Shown here piece after piece: positions 1-12,399 of a DNA stretch of 64,000 nucleotides. Under the pieces are notes generated by a model, which ran no database searches, was not told the DNA's origin, and saw nothing but the letters and a program-made list of their open reading frames with translations. The stretch is from Rhynchobatus australiae (lineage: Eukaryota). Position numbers and translations under genes: made by a program. Numbering within the stretch: the first letter of the stretch is position 1; each line of letters begins with the position of its first letter. The DNA is taken from assembly GCA_034780895.1 (NCBI GenBank), contig JAUZTB010000033.1, positions 44,264,700 to 44,328,699 on the forward strand. Reading direction: 5' to 3'.

Positions 1-95
1 TGCATCTGTACTGTGTAATGAATTGATCTGTATGAACGGTTTGCAAGTTTTTCACTGTACCTCGGTAGAAGTGACAATAATAAACCAATACCAAT
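1..95 (+). mobile_element. 3' tail of a non-LTR element (Rex1/Babar-like or SINE tail)
   Basis: ttttcactgtacctcggtagaagtgacaataataaaccaataccaat. A related tail end recurs at about 16628-16652. Confidence 0.5.
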
Positions 96-388
96 TAGTC
101 TGTATTATTAAGGGTCACAGCTAACAAGTTTATTGCACCAAAAAGATTGCAAAAAACAAGCAAAATAAAGCACTTTCTCCATCAGTGAATAATCTGAGAA
201 AACTATGGCTCTGCACATGCTCTTGAGAGTAGGATGTCAGTTATCTGTTATATAAGTTCTGTGGAAGACTAGCTGAGGATTGAACAAATTTCTATCAGAG
301 AAAGTGGACTTCATTTTTGCCTGGTCTCTTAAAAAGTGGATGGGTTGATTCCAATATTTTGGGCTTAAAAATATCTAAATTAATCCAC

Positions 389-491
389 AAAAAGTGCTGG
401 AGGAATCAGCAGGCCTGACCTGCTGAGTTACTACAGAACTTTTTGGGTGTTGCTCCAGATTCCAGCATCTGCAGAATTTCTTGTGTGTCTG
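389..491. mobile_element. Short fold-back Penelope-like terminal fragment with perfect 16-bp TSD
   Basis: ATCTAAATTAATCCAC at 373-388 and 492-507. Internal inverted arms aaaaagtgctggaggaatcagcagg / cctgctgagttactacagaacttttt, and the family end agattccagcatctgcag. Confidence 0.75.
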
Positions 492-669
492 ATCTAAATT
501 AATCCACTTTTAATTTTTAAAAAAAGGCACATCACCAATTTAGTTTAAAATAAAACCATCACTTCTAAATTATTACATTTAAATAAAGAAAATCAGAAAT
601 GCTGCTGTATAGGTAAATGTGGTCCCGCAAAACAAAGAGAATGCATGAAAACAGAAGTAAATTTCTATT

Positions 670-1520
670 ACAAAAAACAAAATACTTTGTGGATGGTGGA
701 AACGTGAAATTAAAACCAAGTGCTAGAAAGAATCAGCAAGATAGGCAGCATCTGTGCTTCAGATTCTGAGTTAACATTTCTGGTCAATGACTTTTCATCG
801 GATCCAGGAACAATCNNNNNNNNNNNNNNNNNNNNNNNNNNNNNNNNNNNNNNNNNNNNNNNNNNNNNNNNNNNNNNNNNNNNNNNNNNNNNNNNNNNNN
901 NNNNNNNNNNNNNNNATGACTTTTCATCGGATCCAGGAACAATCAGTGATAGAATTTTTCATGCGCAGAGAAAGTTGGTGGGTTTTGGTTGGTGATGGGT
1001 GGGGAGAGGGAAGAAAGGGGAGGTGGAAAATGAGGAAAGGACATGCTTAACCATGGGAATGTCTGTGAAAGGGTCAAGGGCAAGAGACATTAAATGTCAA
1101 ACAGATGATAGCCCAAAATGACAGAGGGTGGGTAATTGACAAGAACAAAATTTTATCTGCAGGTGTAATTGGGAGCTGAATTGTTATCCAGACGTGAAGA
1201 AAAATGCTGTAAATACTCGAAATCTGAAATAAAAGTAATAAAAAAACTGATTATTTGAAACTGTTACATTCAACCTAACTTCATTAGGTGCCTGATCAGA
1301 GTGCTGCTCTTGACGCATACACCAAGATTCACTGAAACAGTGAATAAGGCAGAGTACGTGAGAATTGGCCAGAAAGTAACAGCTGGCTGAAAGCTCAGCA
1401 TCAAGCTTGCAGAATGAATGAGCATATCCATAGAGAAATCACCAAACTGCATTTGAGGTTCCCAATGTGAGCAGTGAATACAGTAAAAAAACATTGAAAG
1501 TAGTACAAGGATTTGCTCCA
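670..1520 (-). mobile_element. Decayed Penelope-like element terminal/3' region with degenerate hammerhead motif at 768-805
   Basis: Family motif tgctagaaagaatcagcaagataggcagcatctgtg...gagttaacatttctggtcaatgacttttcatc followed by a purine-rich tract. The right boundary is approximate. Confidence 0.5.
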
Positions 1521-1535
1521 CTAGAAAGTGCCATG

Positions 1536-1740
1536 GGCCATAGCACAGAGGTTAGTGCTGCTGCATAACAGCTCCAGGGACCCGATTTGATCCTGACCTT
1601 GTGCTGTGTGGACTTTACGTATTCTCCTCACGACTACATGGGTCTCTGCCAATTGCTCTGGTTTCCTCCCACTACCCAAAGACATGTTGATAGGTTAATT
1701 GGCTACTGTAAATTTCCCCTAGATTAGATGCAAGAGGAAA
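1536..1740 (+). mobile_element. tRNA-derived V-SINE (HE1-like), decayed, runs into gap
   Basis: tRNA-like head, then tgtgtggactttacgtattctcc...tgctctggtttcctcccactacccaaagac, the V-domain core. Confidence 0.75.
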
Positions 1741-2473
1741 NNNNNNNNNNNNNNNNNNNNNNNNNNNNNNNNNNNNNNNNNNNNNNNNNNNNNNNNNNNN
1801 NNNNNNNNNNNNNNNNNNNNNNNNNNNNNNNNNNNNNNNNNNNNNNNNNNNNNNNNNNNNNNNNNNNNNNNNNNNNNNNNNNNNNNNNNNNNNNNNNNNN
1901 NNNNNNNNNNNNNNNNNNNNNNNNNNNNNNNNNNNNNNNNNNNNNNNNNNNNNNNNNNNNNNNNNNNNNNNNNNNNNNNNNNNNNNNNNNNNNNNNNNNN
2001 NNNNNNNNNNNNNNNNNNNNNNNNNNNNNNNNNNNNNNNNNNNNNNNNNNNNNNNNNNNNNNNNNNNNNNNNNNNNNNNNNNNNNNNNNNNNNNNNNNNN
2101 NNNNNNNNNNNNNNNNNNNNNNNNNNNNNNNNNNNNNNNNNNNNNNNNNNNNNNNNNNNNNNNNNNNNNNNNNNNNNNNNNNNNNNNNNNNNNNNNNNNN
2201 NNNNNNNNNNNNNNNNNNNNNNNNNNNNNNNNNNNNNNNNNNNNNNNNNNNNNNNNNNNNNNNNNNNNNNNNNNNNNNNNNNNNNNNNNNNNNNNNNNNN
2301 NNNNNNNNNNNNNNNNNNNNNNNNNNNNNNNNNNNNNNNNNNNNNNNNNNNNNNNNNNNNNNNNNNNNNNNNNNNNNNNNNNNNNNNNNNNNNNNNNNNN
2401 NNNNNNNNNNNNNNNNNNNNNNNNNNNNNNNNNNNNNNNNNNNNNNNNNNNNNNNNNNNNNNNNNNNNNNNNA

Positions 2474-2706
2474 GGGGTGGCACAGTAGCGTAGCGGTTAG
2501 CGTTACGCTATTACAGTGCCAGCGATCAGGGCTCAATTCCCATCGCTGTCTGTAAGGAGTTTGTACGTTCTCCCACGTCTGCGTGGGTTTCCTCCGGGTG
2601 CTCCGGTTTCCTCCCACATTAGAAAGACGGGTAGGTTAACATGGGTTTAAAAATGGGTGACACAGACTCGTTGGGCCAGAAAGGCCTGTTACCACGCTGT
2701 AAATAA
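2474..2706 (+). mobile_element. tRNA-derived V-SINE, relatively young
   Basis: A/B-box-like head (tggcacagtagcgtagcgg...gggctcaattccc), intact core gggtttcctccgggtgctccggtttcctcccaca, CR1-like tail gggccagaaaggcctgttacc. CpGs retained. Confidence 0.85.
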
Positions 2707-3899
2707 TTTTTTTTTAAATTTAAATTTAACATTTGAATAATAGGAACATTTTCCTGGTTTTAGGTAGTGAGAAAGGGGGAGTGCAAGAAATGGAACAGTA
2801 AAGCGTCCTGTGAACTGCATCAAATATCTCAATGGGAGATATTTTCATGCATTTCTTTAATATTCAGGTTTTTTAATACCTTAACATCAGCTTATCTCAA
2901 TCAAATGCCAAGACCAAAAACACCCAAAAGACTGCCAGGAGGAAGATGTGTTTCTCATGTTTCATTTACAGCAAAATAACACTACAGATTAAATTTTTAC
3001 AACTACAAGTCAGATTTTCAATTATGTTTTGTTTTACCACAATGCCGATTTGGCAGGCAAGATTCTCCAAAAGATTGCAGTTACTGGAATATCAGTCTTA
3101 TTTTCAAAGCAAATGAATCATCACAGAGGACGCTCAATAATTACATGTTCAACAATTAGAACTAAAATATTTCCTACTCTTATTAAGGCACAACCTTTCC
3201 CCTCCGTAACTCTTTTCTTTCAATCTCAAAATTATATTCTACATCATGGTACATTGGGCTCACATTATTTTGATCTTCAACCTGATCGAGAGTTTTCCTC
3301 TCAATCATCTGGTTGTGTCATCATCAAAATAGCCATCAGTGCCTTAATTAATGAAGTAACAAAAGTTCACATCCACTGAAAGCATACCCACCAGTATCTA
3401 AATGTATGTCAAATAACTTCAATTTTTTTGCCTCTATTCGGGAGATGGTTTTAAACAGTTTTCATTTTGAGGCTGTTTATCATCTTGGATGCACAAACTT
3501 TCTAACTTCACTTGTTCAAATTTTAATAACTGATTTAGCTCAGCCATAACAGTATTTTGCATGCATTGATTAGGTTTTCCTTTCCCAAAACAACCTCTGG
3601 GATTGTGAGGTTTATATTTTATCTATTTTCCTTCAGAGCTCTTTCCCCCCAATCTTGCTGTACCAAGACAGCAGTGCAAATTATAGGTGCTCCTGGTTAT
3701 ACTGAAATTGACCAGAGAAAAATAACCTCCAGACTATGGGATATAATATAAATTTAAAATGTGATTCTTAAGATCAACATTTCAGTTCTTAATACAACAA
3801 AATATTAGAAGGAAGATGTATTGGCTTTGACCAATATTTTCCATTCCTCTTTGGATATGGGGTAGTTTAACAAGACTTGAGGACCAGAAAAATGCTTAA

Positions 3900-4830
3900 A
3901 GTTCCAAGTGAAAAAAAGCAAAAGGAAGAATCCAGTAATTACTGGTCAATGACATGAGGAACCTTCCAGAGATAATCTGGGACAAAATTAGTGCACATTT
4001 GGAAAATCAAGGACTAATTGGAGTTGGAGCAGGATCTGTTAAAAAGAAATCATACTTAACGAACTTGACTAAATTTTTTTAATGAAGTAACAGAAATGTT
4101 GGTAACTACAGTAATATTTTACATATACTGTACATGGAATTTCAAATCATGTTTGACAAAGGACCACATAAAAGTCAATTACAAAATTGCCATGGGATTA
4201 AAGAAAGTAGCAGCATAAATCCAAAAGAAGTTAACAGTTTAAAAAAACAGCAGTAGTACACAGCATATGAACTGGATGGAAACATACACTGATGTATATA
4301 GTCCAGATAGGTAAATAAAAAAGGACAATTCCAAAGTTTACATGTGAGATAAATCTCAAATGTTGTAAAAAAATGAAGATATCAATGAGGAAAGCAACAA
4401 ATTAGGAAACTAGTAAAATGGCAAATGAAATTCAACAGAGAAGTTAGCAGTAATTTACTCTGGTAGGAAGAATTAGATGATATAAATTGACACAAATTTA
4501 AAGCAGTGTGGGAACAAAGAGATAACTCTTTGATGGTGGCAGAAACAGTAGTCAAGGCTGTTTAGGCATATGGAATTCTTAGATTTTTTTTGAGGAACAG
4601 ACAACAGAAGAATGCTGTAATATATCTTTACATAACAACAGTCAGGCTCATCTCTGGTATTTTGGCCAGTTCGGTGTGCCAGACTTTAGAAGGTAAACAT
4701 CTTAGAGGATGTGGAAGAGAACTAGAATGATATCAAAGGTGAGATATTTCAGTTCAACAGAGTCACCAAGACACCAAAGCAGAAGTAATTAAGAGGATAT
4801 TTTGATAGATGCGTTCAAAGTTACGAAGGT
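3900..4830 (+). mobile_element. Highly decayed CR1 LINE ORF2 (RT) fragment
   Basis: Remnants of the NYRP, KSxLTNL and YMDFxKAFDKVPH motifs (aaatcatacttaacgaacttg; tacatggaatttcaaatcatgtttgacaaaggaccacat). Confidence 0.6.
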
Positions 4831-5219
4831 AAGCTCTGCAGTCCTTCAAACATGGCATGCCTTTCAATAATGTCATAGCTGACCTGATCTTGGCCTGTAT
4901 ATCACCTTCCGGACTGATCTCGATAACCCACAGCTCCCATATAATCCAAAAATTCTCAAACTGGAATATGTATTCAATGATTCAGTATCTACAAGTCTCA
5001 TGGCTACAGAATTCTATTGATTCACAAGCCTCAGAGAGGAAATTCATCCTCAATTCTAGATTTCCCCTGAGGGGAAACTCTGTCAAGATCCTTCAGAATC
5101 TTAAATGTTTCACTATGACTCTTGTAAACCTGAATGAGTTTAGGCATAGCTATTCTTCAGAAGACAGTGCAAGCAATTAAATAAAACTGCTTAACATTTT
5201 ATTTAAAAAGGAAAAAGTT

Positions 5220-5420
5220 AATCTCAGTAATGGAAACTACCATGAAATAACCTGAAAAACCCAACTGGTTTATTAATACCTTCCAGGAAAGAAAGTCTGC
5301 CATCCTTATGCATTCTGGTCAAAATCTGACTCCAAATTCACCATATTGCAGTTGACTTAACTGTATCCTCAGTTCAAAATGCCAGCATTTGCCAATGACA
5401 TCCACATCTTTTGAATAAAT
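5220..5420 (+). mobile_element. SINE/CR1-type 3' fragment
   Basis: aaaaacccaactggttt...ccaggaaagaaagtctgccatcctta... Same family as 6560-6800, with a tail related to 46930-47165. Confidence 0.5.
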
Positions 5421-6559
5421 TCGAGCTACAAATGAGGAAGACCTTAACCTCATGCCACTGCAAATTTATCCCAGGTAGATTGCCTGTTCCAGAAGAAAAT
5501 GGCAAGTAGATATGAAAACAATTTTAATTGATTAAAATATACCATTCCTCAGATTTGAAGTTACATCTGGAAGGTGAAAGATCCTGCTGTTTAGGCAGTC
5601 TGAAGATCAACAACTCATATTTTCATACTCAGAAATAGTAAAGTTCTTGGGGTTAGGAGAAAACCAATGAGAATTTTGGGGGATTTAGGTGGTGGTGTCA
5701 GAGCAAGTCGGCAAGAACACAGCTGATAGCTGAGGTGGTGAGGTGGGTTTGAAGGCTGGAATAAAGACTATAAACTATGTTGAAACTTCTATAGAGGACG
5801 GGAGATTGAACAGAAAAGCACTGGATTATTTAAATAACATGGAATTATCAAGCAAGAGCATTTAGAGATTACACTGTGCCTGCTGGCAATGACATTCAGA
5901 GCAGTTATGTGTACTAGTTCTTTCTGCCAGTAAAACCAAGAGGAAATGATGCAACTCATTTGCTCAGATGTGATTAACAGAAACACTGTGAACTTCCACA
6001 GGAACAGCAGTCCAAGATTCACCATACATATGCAGAACCTATATTTGCTCAGCTAATTAAAATGTCAAGGATGTCGATACACTGGCTTGTTAAGATCACA
6101 TCAAAATACAACTAGTAATTGAAATAACTTACAAAATACAAATCTTTAATGCCTCTTTCATCCACAATTATTTTTTAAATTCACAACAATGTCCCCTGCC
6201 CCACCCATATAGCAAAATGAATAATCTCAGATCCAAAACTTCTGAATCGCTACTATGTATGTGTGAGCATGTCCCAATTTAATGATCTCTAATTGTGATA
6301 TACGTTGGAAATAGCACAGGATGTGCACTCTGCTCTCTTTTCTCACAAAGCTGAAAAGACCAAGGCTTACAGGCCAAGATTATGAGCCAGATTTACTTAC
6401 AGGTTAATTAATATGCACAAGTGAAATGGTACTGTACAATACTGAATAAAACAAAGCTATACAAATACAACACATCTATAACTGGATTTGAAATGGCACT
6501 TCTTTAAAGCAGTTCCATCAAGCTTTTACTTTGTTAGGAGACAAGTGGATCTCAGTTTC

Positions 6560-6800
6560 TGGGGTAGTACAGCAGTAAAATTATTGGTTTGGTAACCAAC
6601 AGACCCGAAAAGAAAATCTGGAGTTGCATGTTCAAATCTCACCAATTCTGAAATTTAAATTCTGTTAGCACTCTAGAAATTTAAAAAGCCTACATAGTGA
6701 TGACCAAAAAAACTGCGAAAATTGTTACTAAAAACTCACCAGGTTGACTGAAGTTCTTCAGGAAGGAAATATATCATCCTTATCTGGTCTGGCCTGTATT
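6560..6800 (+). mobile_element. Decayed tRNA-SINE
   Basis: Head with gttcaaatctcacca and body aaaaactcaccaggttgactgaagttcttcaggaaggaaat...ctggtctggcct. Confidence 0.5.
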
Positions 6801-6935
6801 GGTAGAAGTGACTACTGCAGACTCCTCATGGATATAAATTGAAAACAATTACCACTATTTTATGGTATTGCCGTTGTGCTGAATGTGAGACTCAAAACAG
6901 ACTTACCAGCTCAAAACCCAATCTTGGCTGCCTTC

Positions 6936-7599
6936 TGTTGTGAAACAGATTCGAGGTCTCGAAGGACAAGGACTCTGAACACAGTCTTAGAGATAAATGA
7001 TTTATTTACAAAGACAAATTCAGGGAAAAGGTAACGAGAGCAACACACACACGCGGACACCGGTGATAGCGAGCATGGGAAAATCCCAACTAGGGTAAAA
7101 TACACAGATGCACAGACAAGGAACTGGATATAGACGATCAAGGAAAAACAACACGATACCTGCCACCCCTTGACTCAGTGCTTTGGCACAGCTCTATGCT
7201 ACCGGGGATACTAACTAGAACGCTCCTAACTCTATTGAAGTGCACACCTAACTAATGATCCCTCCAGCACTGTTCCATGGTTCCTTGGCCTGGGATGAAG
7301 CAGGGTGAATCCCTCGGAACAATCAAAGAGGACGAACCGGGCACATGTGGCACTCTCTATAGTGCTGGAGGGCTGGGGGGTCCAGCCCAAGTAATTTAAA
7401 AAGGCCAATGGGTCGGTGCCAGCAAGGACTAATCGATCACAAAGGCCATTGACCCGAGGCCAAGTACAAAGGTGCTTAGAGGAGCCAATGGGCAGGTGTG
7501 CACTGATGGATGGGGTGGAGCCAAACCTCGATTGACAGTGGTGCATCTTTTGACCATGGGCAGTGCTGTCACGTGACAGCCACGGCCCTCTATAATACA
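6936..7599 (-). mobile_element. Solo LTR (664 bp) inserted into a V-SINE
   Basis: TGT...ACA termini and a 5-bp TSD with one mismatch (CCTTC 6931-6935 / CCATC 7600-7604). AATAAA on the minus strand near 7001, CCAAT boxes, palindrome GCTGTCACGTGACAGC. The flanks rejoin into SINE sequence. Confidence 0.75.
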
Positions 7600-7665
7600 C
7601 CATCTATGTGGAGTTAGCACTTTCTCCCTTTGAAAAAACAGGTTTCCTTCCACATCATAAAGACA

Positions 7666-8305
7666 CGGGTAAGCAAAGTGCTGAAGGCGGCATATGGCAT
7701 GCTTGAGTATGACAGTTGGGACGTCATGTTATAGCTGTACAAGGTGTTGGTGAGACCTCACCTGGAATATTGTGTGCAGTTCTGATTGCCATACTATAGG
7801 AAGGATGAGCTTAAGTCAGAGAGGGTGCAGAAAAGATTCACAAGGTTGCCTGGACTGGAGGATTTGAATTGCAAGGAGAGAATGCAGATGCTGGCACTGT
7901 TTGCTTGGGAGCGAAGGAGGCTGAGGGGTGACCTTGTAGGGGTTTATAAAATCATGAAAGACACAGATAAGATGGATTGTCAGTCTTTTCCCCTGGGTAG
8001 GGGAGTCTAATGCTTGATGGCATAGGTTTAAGGTGAGAGGGAAAAGATTTAGAGAGGACCCGAGAGGCATGTTTTTTTCCCCCTAGACAGAAGGTGGTGG
8101 GTATGTAGAACAAGCTGCCAAAGGAAGTGGTAGAGGCAGGTAAAAATTACAATGTTTAAAAGACATTTGGACAGATCAATGGATAGGAAAGGCTTAGATG
8201 GATATGGGAAAAATGCAAGCAAATGAGACTAGCTCAAGAAGATGCCTTGGTTGGCATGGATAACTTGGGCCCGAGGGCCTGTTTCCATGCTTTATAACTC
8301 GACAA
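7666..8305 (+). mobile_element. 5'-truncated CR1 LINE (ORF2 C-terminus + 3'UTR)
   Basis: ORF 7786..8010 PYYRKD..ERVQKRFTR..RRLRGDL is the typical CR1 C-terminus. The 3'UTR ends gggcctgtttccatgctttataactc. Confidence 0.9.
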
Positions 8306-8499
8306 CTATGTTGGGTAGTATATTAATTGACAATTGTAAATTGTTAATAGTGATAACAAAGGAAAAATGGGATTAGTGTTGATGAATACTTGATCATCAG
8401 CACTTAACTACATAATGTAATCTCAACAAGTGATTAACTCTGTTTAACAAGGAGTGGAAAAAGGAATGCTGCACACAGCACATCATATACCTAACAATG

Positions 8500-10132
8500 A
8501 AGTGGCAAGATGTAATACACAGCAAGACACCATACATTTGACAAAGCCAAGAAATCTCACCACCTTATTAAAAGCTCAGAGTGCTACTATATCTAGCCAT
8601 GAATGGTGGTGAACAATTGAACAGTGAACAAGCAGCAGCTCCAAGAACATCCCCTACCTCAACAATGATAAGGCCAAGCACGCAATTGCTACAGACAAGG
8701 CTGATGTATTCACAATTACATTCAGCCAGAAGTGCTGAGTGAATGATTAACTTTGCTTTCCCCCCCCCCCCACCCAAGGTTCTCACCACCACTCAAGCCA
8801 GCCAATTTGATTCCATGTAATATTGAGAAACTGTGAGCACTGGACACATAAAAGGCTATGGCACCCTGCCTATTTTGCCTAACATTTTTAGACAACTTGT
8901 CCTTGTATAGTGATAAGAATGGCAACCATCTAATAATATGGAAAGTTGTCCAGATAAACCCTCCTCACAAAGCAGGGTAGATACACTCTGGAGAATTATC
9001 ACCTAGTTTATTCTCAATTATCGGCATTATGATACAAGTGTCATAACAAACAGGAATCAAAAAAGTTAAATTCTAGAGGTAAGAGAAAAGTGACTGCACT
9101 TGAGATCAAGGCAAAATTTGACAGTGTGAAATCAAATGATTGTGGTAAAACTGAAATAATGAGCATCAAGGGGAAAATACAACAGTTGGAATCATACTTA
9201 GCCTAAAGAATATAGTTATGCTTAAAGGTCATACCAGTTCCAAGATATTGCTGCAAAAGTTCCTTAGACAGTATCTAAAACCCAACCATCTTCAGCTTCT
9301 TGATAAATGACCTTTCTTCCATCATAAGGTCAGAAATGGAAATATTTACTGGTAACTGCACCATGTTCAGTTCCATTCATAACTCCTCAGCAAATGAAGC
9401 AGGCCAGGCTTGCATACAGCAAGATCTAAAACTCATGCAGGCATGGAATGATAAATGGCAGCTAACATCTGCACCTCAAAAGTGCCAGACAATAATGATC
9501 TCTAACACCACTTATCCTTGACATTGAATGATATTACCATCACTAAGTCCCTCACCATCAACAATCTTGGGAGATGGGATGGCTCATCATTGACCAGAAT
9601 CTTCAATGAATCAGCCCTGTAAATAATGGAGTACAAGATCAAGGCAGACTCTGGGTACCCTGTGGTGAAAGACTTGCTTCCTGACACCACAAAAGCTTTC
9701 CACCACATACCTAATACAAGTTTGTAGATATGTAAAAAAAAACTCTTTTTGCCTGAAAATGCTCAAGTCTCCCAACCACTACTCTACTCCATCCAGCGCA
9801 AAGCATCTCTCTTGATTTGCACTGTCGCTGTACTGCAAGTCTTCTACAAACCATACTGCTATACCTCACCATGGCTACTCCAATAGTACCTCCCAGACAC
9901 ACAACCTTTAGCATTGAGGAGAACAAGGGCAGCAAGAGCAAGGGAACACTACTACTTGAGGTTTCCCCCCAACTCATAAATCATTCTAAATTGGATATAT
10001 ATCACCATTCCATGATTGCTGGAGTACCTTCACCAGCTCTTCAAGGTAGCTGTTCATTAAAACCTCTCAAGAGCAATAAGGACATGCAAAAATGCTGGCT
10101 TTGCAGGAGACATCCACTTCCCAAATAAATAA
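8500..10132 (+). mobile_element. Decayed CR1-clade LINE (second subfamily), RT + 3' end
   Basis: ORF 9300..9521 INDLSSIIRSEMEIF..IQQDL..WNDKWQLTSAPQKCQ corresponds to the RT region around (F)INDL/FADD. Tail ends aatgctggctttgc...aaataaataaat. Confidence 0.75.
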
Positions 10133-11559
10133 ATCAATCATCTAAAACACAGCTCCTTTAATGTCTACATTCATTCAATATTGCAATGGACTGCAAGGCA
10201 GATTTGCGCTCACTTCTCCAGGGAACATAAACCCACATCCTGCTGACTCAGATCTTCAACGAACAGTTGACAAGCCCAGTACCAAAGGAAAGCTAAGGGC
10301 TCTGGAAAATAGAAAGTGCTGGAAATATCTCAGCAGCATTTGTGATTGGAAATTTCATTAATATCCCGATCAATGATGAATCAAAGCTTGAAAATTTAGA
10401 GATGGAGAGGTTTTAAACAAGCAAAGGGACATAGGTGAAGGGTGAAGAACTGAACATAGGGAAAGTTTGCAATAGGGTGCAGGGGTCAGTGAAAGTAACA
10501 ATGACAGAAAAAGTGATGTTTTGCTTGAGTTGGTATTATATTCATCTGAAAAGTTACAACGTGACTTAAAGTTCCACTGTGACATAACATTGTCAACCAT
10601 GTCTTCTCCATGAATTTAGATTCATCCATTTTCTCCTCTCATGTCTTAAGTATACAACTTACCTTTACAGTCCTTTTTTTTTACAGAACTCCAAACCACA
10701 GTAACAAATTTCCAAGGTGAATCCAAATCAGGATTCTGGAGCTGAATATGCAAATTAATTTTATATACTTAATGGACAAGAGCAGCAAAAACAATTAGTG
10801 TTGCTTCACCTGCCATGTNNNNNNNNNNNNNNNNNNNNNNNNNNNNNNNNNNNNNNNNNNNNNNNNNNNNNNNNNNNNNNNNNNNNNNNNNNNNNNNNNN
10901 NNNNNNNNNNTTCATTTATCTGTCAAGAAAGAAGCCACTGTCTACACTGGGACTTTACCGTGGATATTAAATATAAATCGTATTTTGATTTGTTAACTGA
11001 AATCAAGAGGAATGATTTTGCAATCTGCAGCCAATAATCTGATGTTATGATTTAATATCATTACTGAAGTACTTACTATAAAGAAATCCCAGACAAATCC
11101 AGCTAGCTGTTGTTATTTGTAACACAAATGATTCAGAATGCAGTAGTAACTATAAATATTAGTCTTTAGTTCAACTAATAGGTTTTATTGTGCCAAGAGT
11201 GGCAGAAAGGCCTGGAGAGAGTTCCAAGAGATGTGAAATTGTAGGCCACACCAACAACTGACTCCCCAAATAGTGAGAAAGCATAGTTTTGCCTCCTGCC
11301 CCTAGCAAATTTTCAATATTCACAACACCAGTGCAACTGCATCCTTTTTCCACACACATAATGCAAAAGGAGCAAGATATACTAACTGGAAAACACTACA
11401 TCCAAGCAGGCTATGATTACTAAGCTAGATGGAAAATATTATTGCAACGTTATAAAGCTAAATTAGTAAATGGGCTGCGTTCAACTCAAGTCACAGAAAT
11501 TGTACCATAAGGTATAAGCAGGTTAAGCAAGTGTGCAAAGTGGCAATAGGCAGAAAAAG

Positions 11560-11928
11560 AGGTATACAAAATTATGAGGGGTATAGATAAGGTGAATGAA
11601 TGCAGACTTTTTCCCCTCTGGTTAGGTGAGACAAGAACTACAGTCATAGGTTTAGAGTGAAAGATGAAATATTTAAGGGGAATCTGAGGGACAACTACTT
11701 CAGTCAGAGGGTGATGCGTGTGGAATGAGCTGCCAGCGAAACTGGTGAATGCGGGTTCAGTTGTGACATTTAAGGGAAGTTATGGATAGGTGCATGGATG
11801 AGACAGGTATGGAGGGCTATGGTCCAGGTGCAGGGAGATGGGACTAGACAGAAAACCAGGCTGACACGGACTTGATGGACCAAAGGGCCTGTTTCTGTGC
11901 TGTAGTGCTCTATGATTCCAATAACTCT
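11560..11928 (+). mobile_element. CR1 LINE 3' fragment
   Basis: gaggtatacaaaattatgaggggtatagataagg...gggcctgtttctgtgctgtagtgctctatgattc. Confidence 0.85.
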
Positions 11929-12399
11929 AATATATGCTTTTCCAAATTCCCTCCCTCCAGCAATTTTCCACTCACTCCAGTGGCTAAAATTTCTAGTCAT
12001 TGGTAAATCTGCACCTGTAAAGTGAACTGCAGGCAAAGATGTCATCCAACAACCAGCATCCCCTTCTCTCTGGACCCCAATGCAGCATGCACCCTTCACC
12101 TGCCTCTTACCATTCTCCCCTGTCCGTCTTATTCCTGTATGCTGTGGCAAGGATTAAGGGAAGAGAAAAAGAAAGTGGCAGCAAGTAGAGACTAACATCA
12201 ATGTACAAAGTTAGTTTTTGTGCCCATAATTTTCATCCTCAGTTGTTAAACTAACTTGTAACAAACCATTTTACGACTGAATTGCATGTCCCACAAAAGG
12301 AACAAAATGACCTACTCTCTACAATATAATAAATGCAATATTAAGTAATAGCTAAATCCAGGCACTTTCAGACTCAGGAGCTACAACTAATGGACTGTC

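Noticed and set aside
788-944. Exact repeat atgacttttcatcggatccaggaacaatc on both sides of a 100-N gap
   Set aside because: Typical overlapping contig ends separated by a placeholder gap, so an assembly artefact rather than a biological repeat.
2474-2545. tRNA-like sequence
   Set aside because: It is the tRNA-derived head of a V-SINE (continues into the SINE core) and I could not fold a complete cloverleaf.
1719-2617. Long ORFs spanning N runs (also near 12.7-13.2, 39.8-40.2, 41.3-41.9, 58.2-59.1 and 59.6-60.0 kb)
   Set aside because: Their length comes from X codons in gaps, with no coding evidence.
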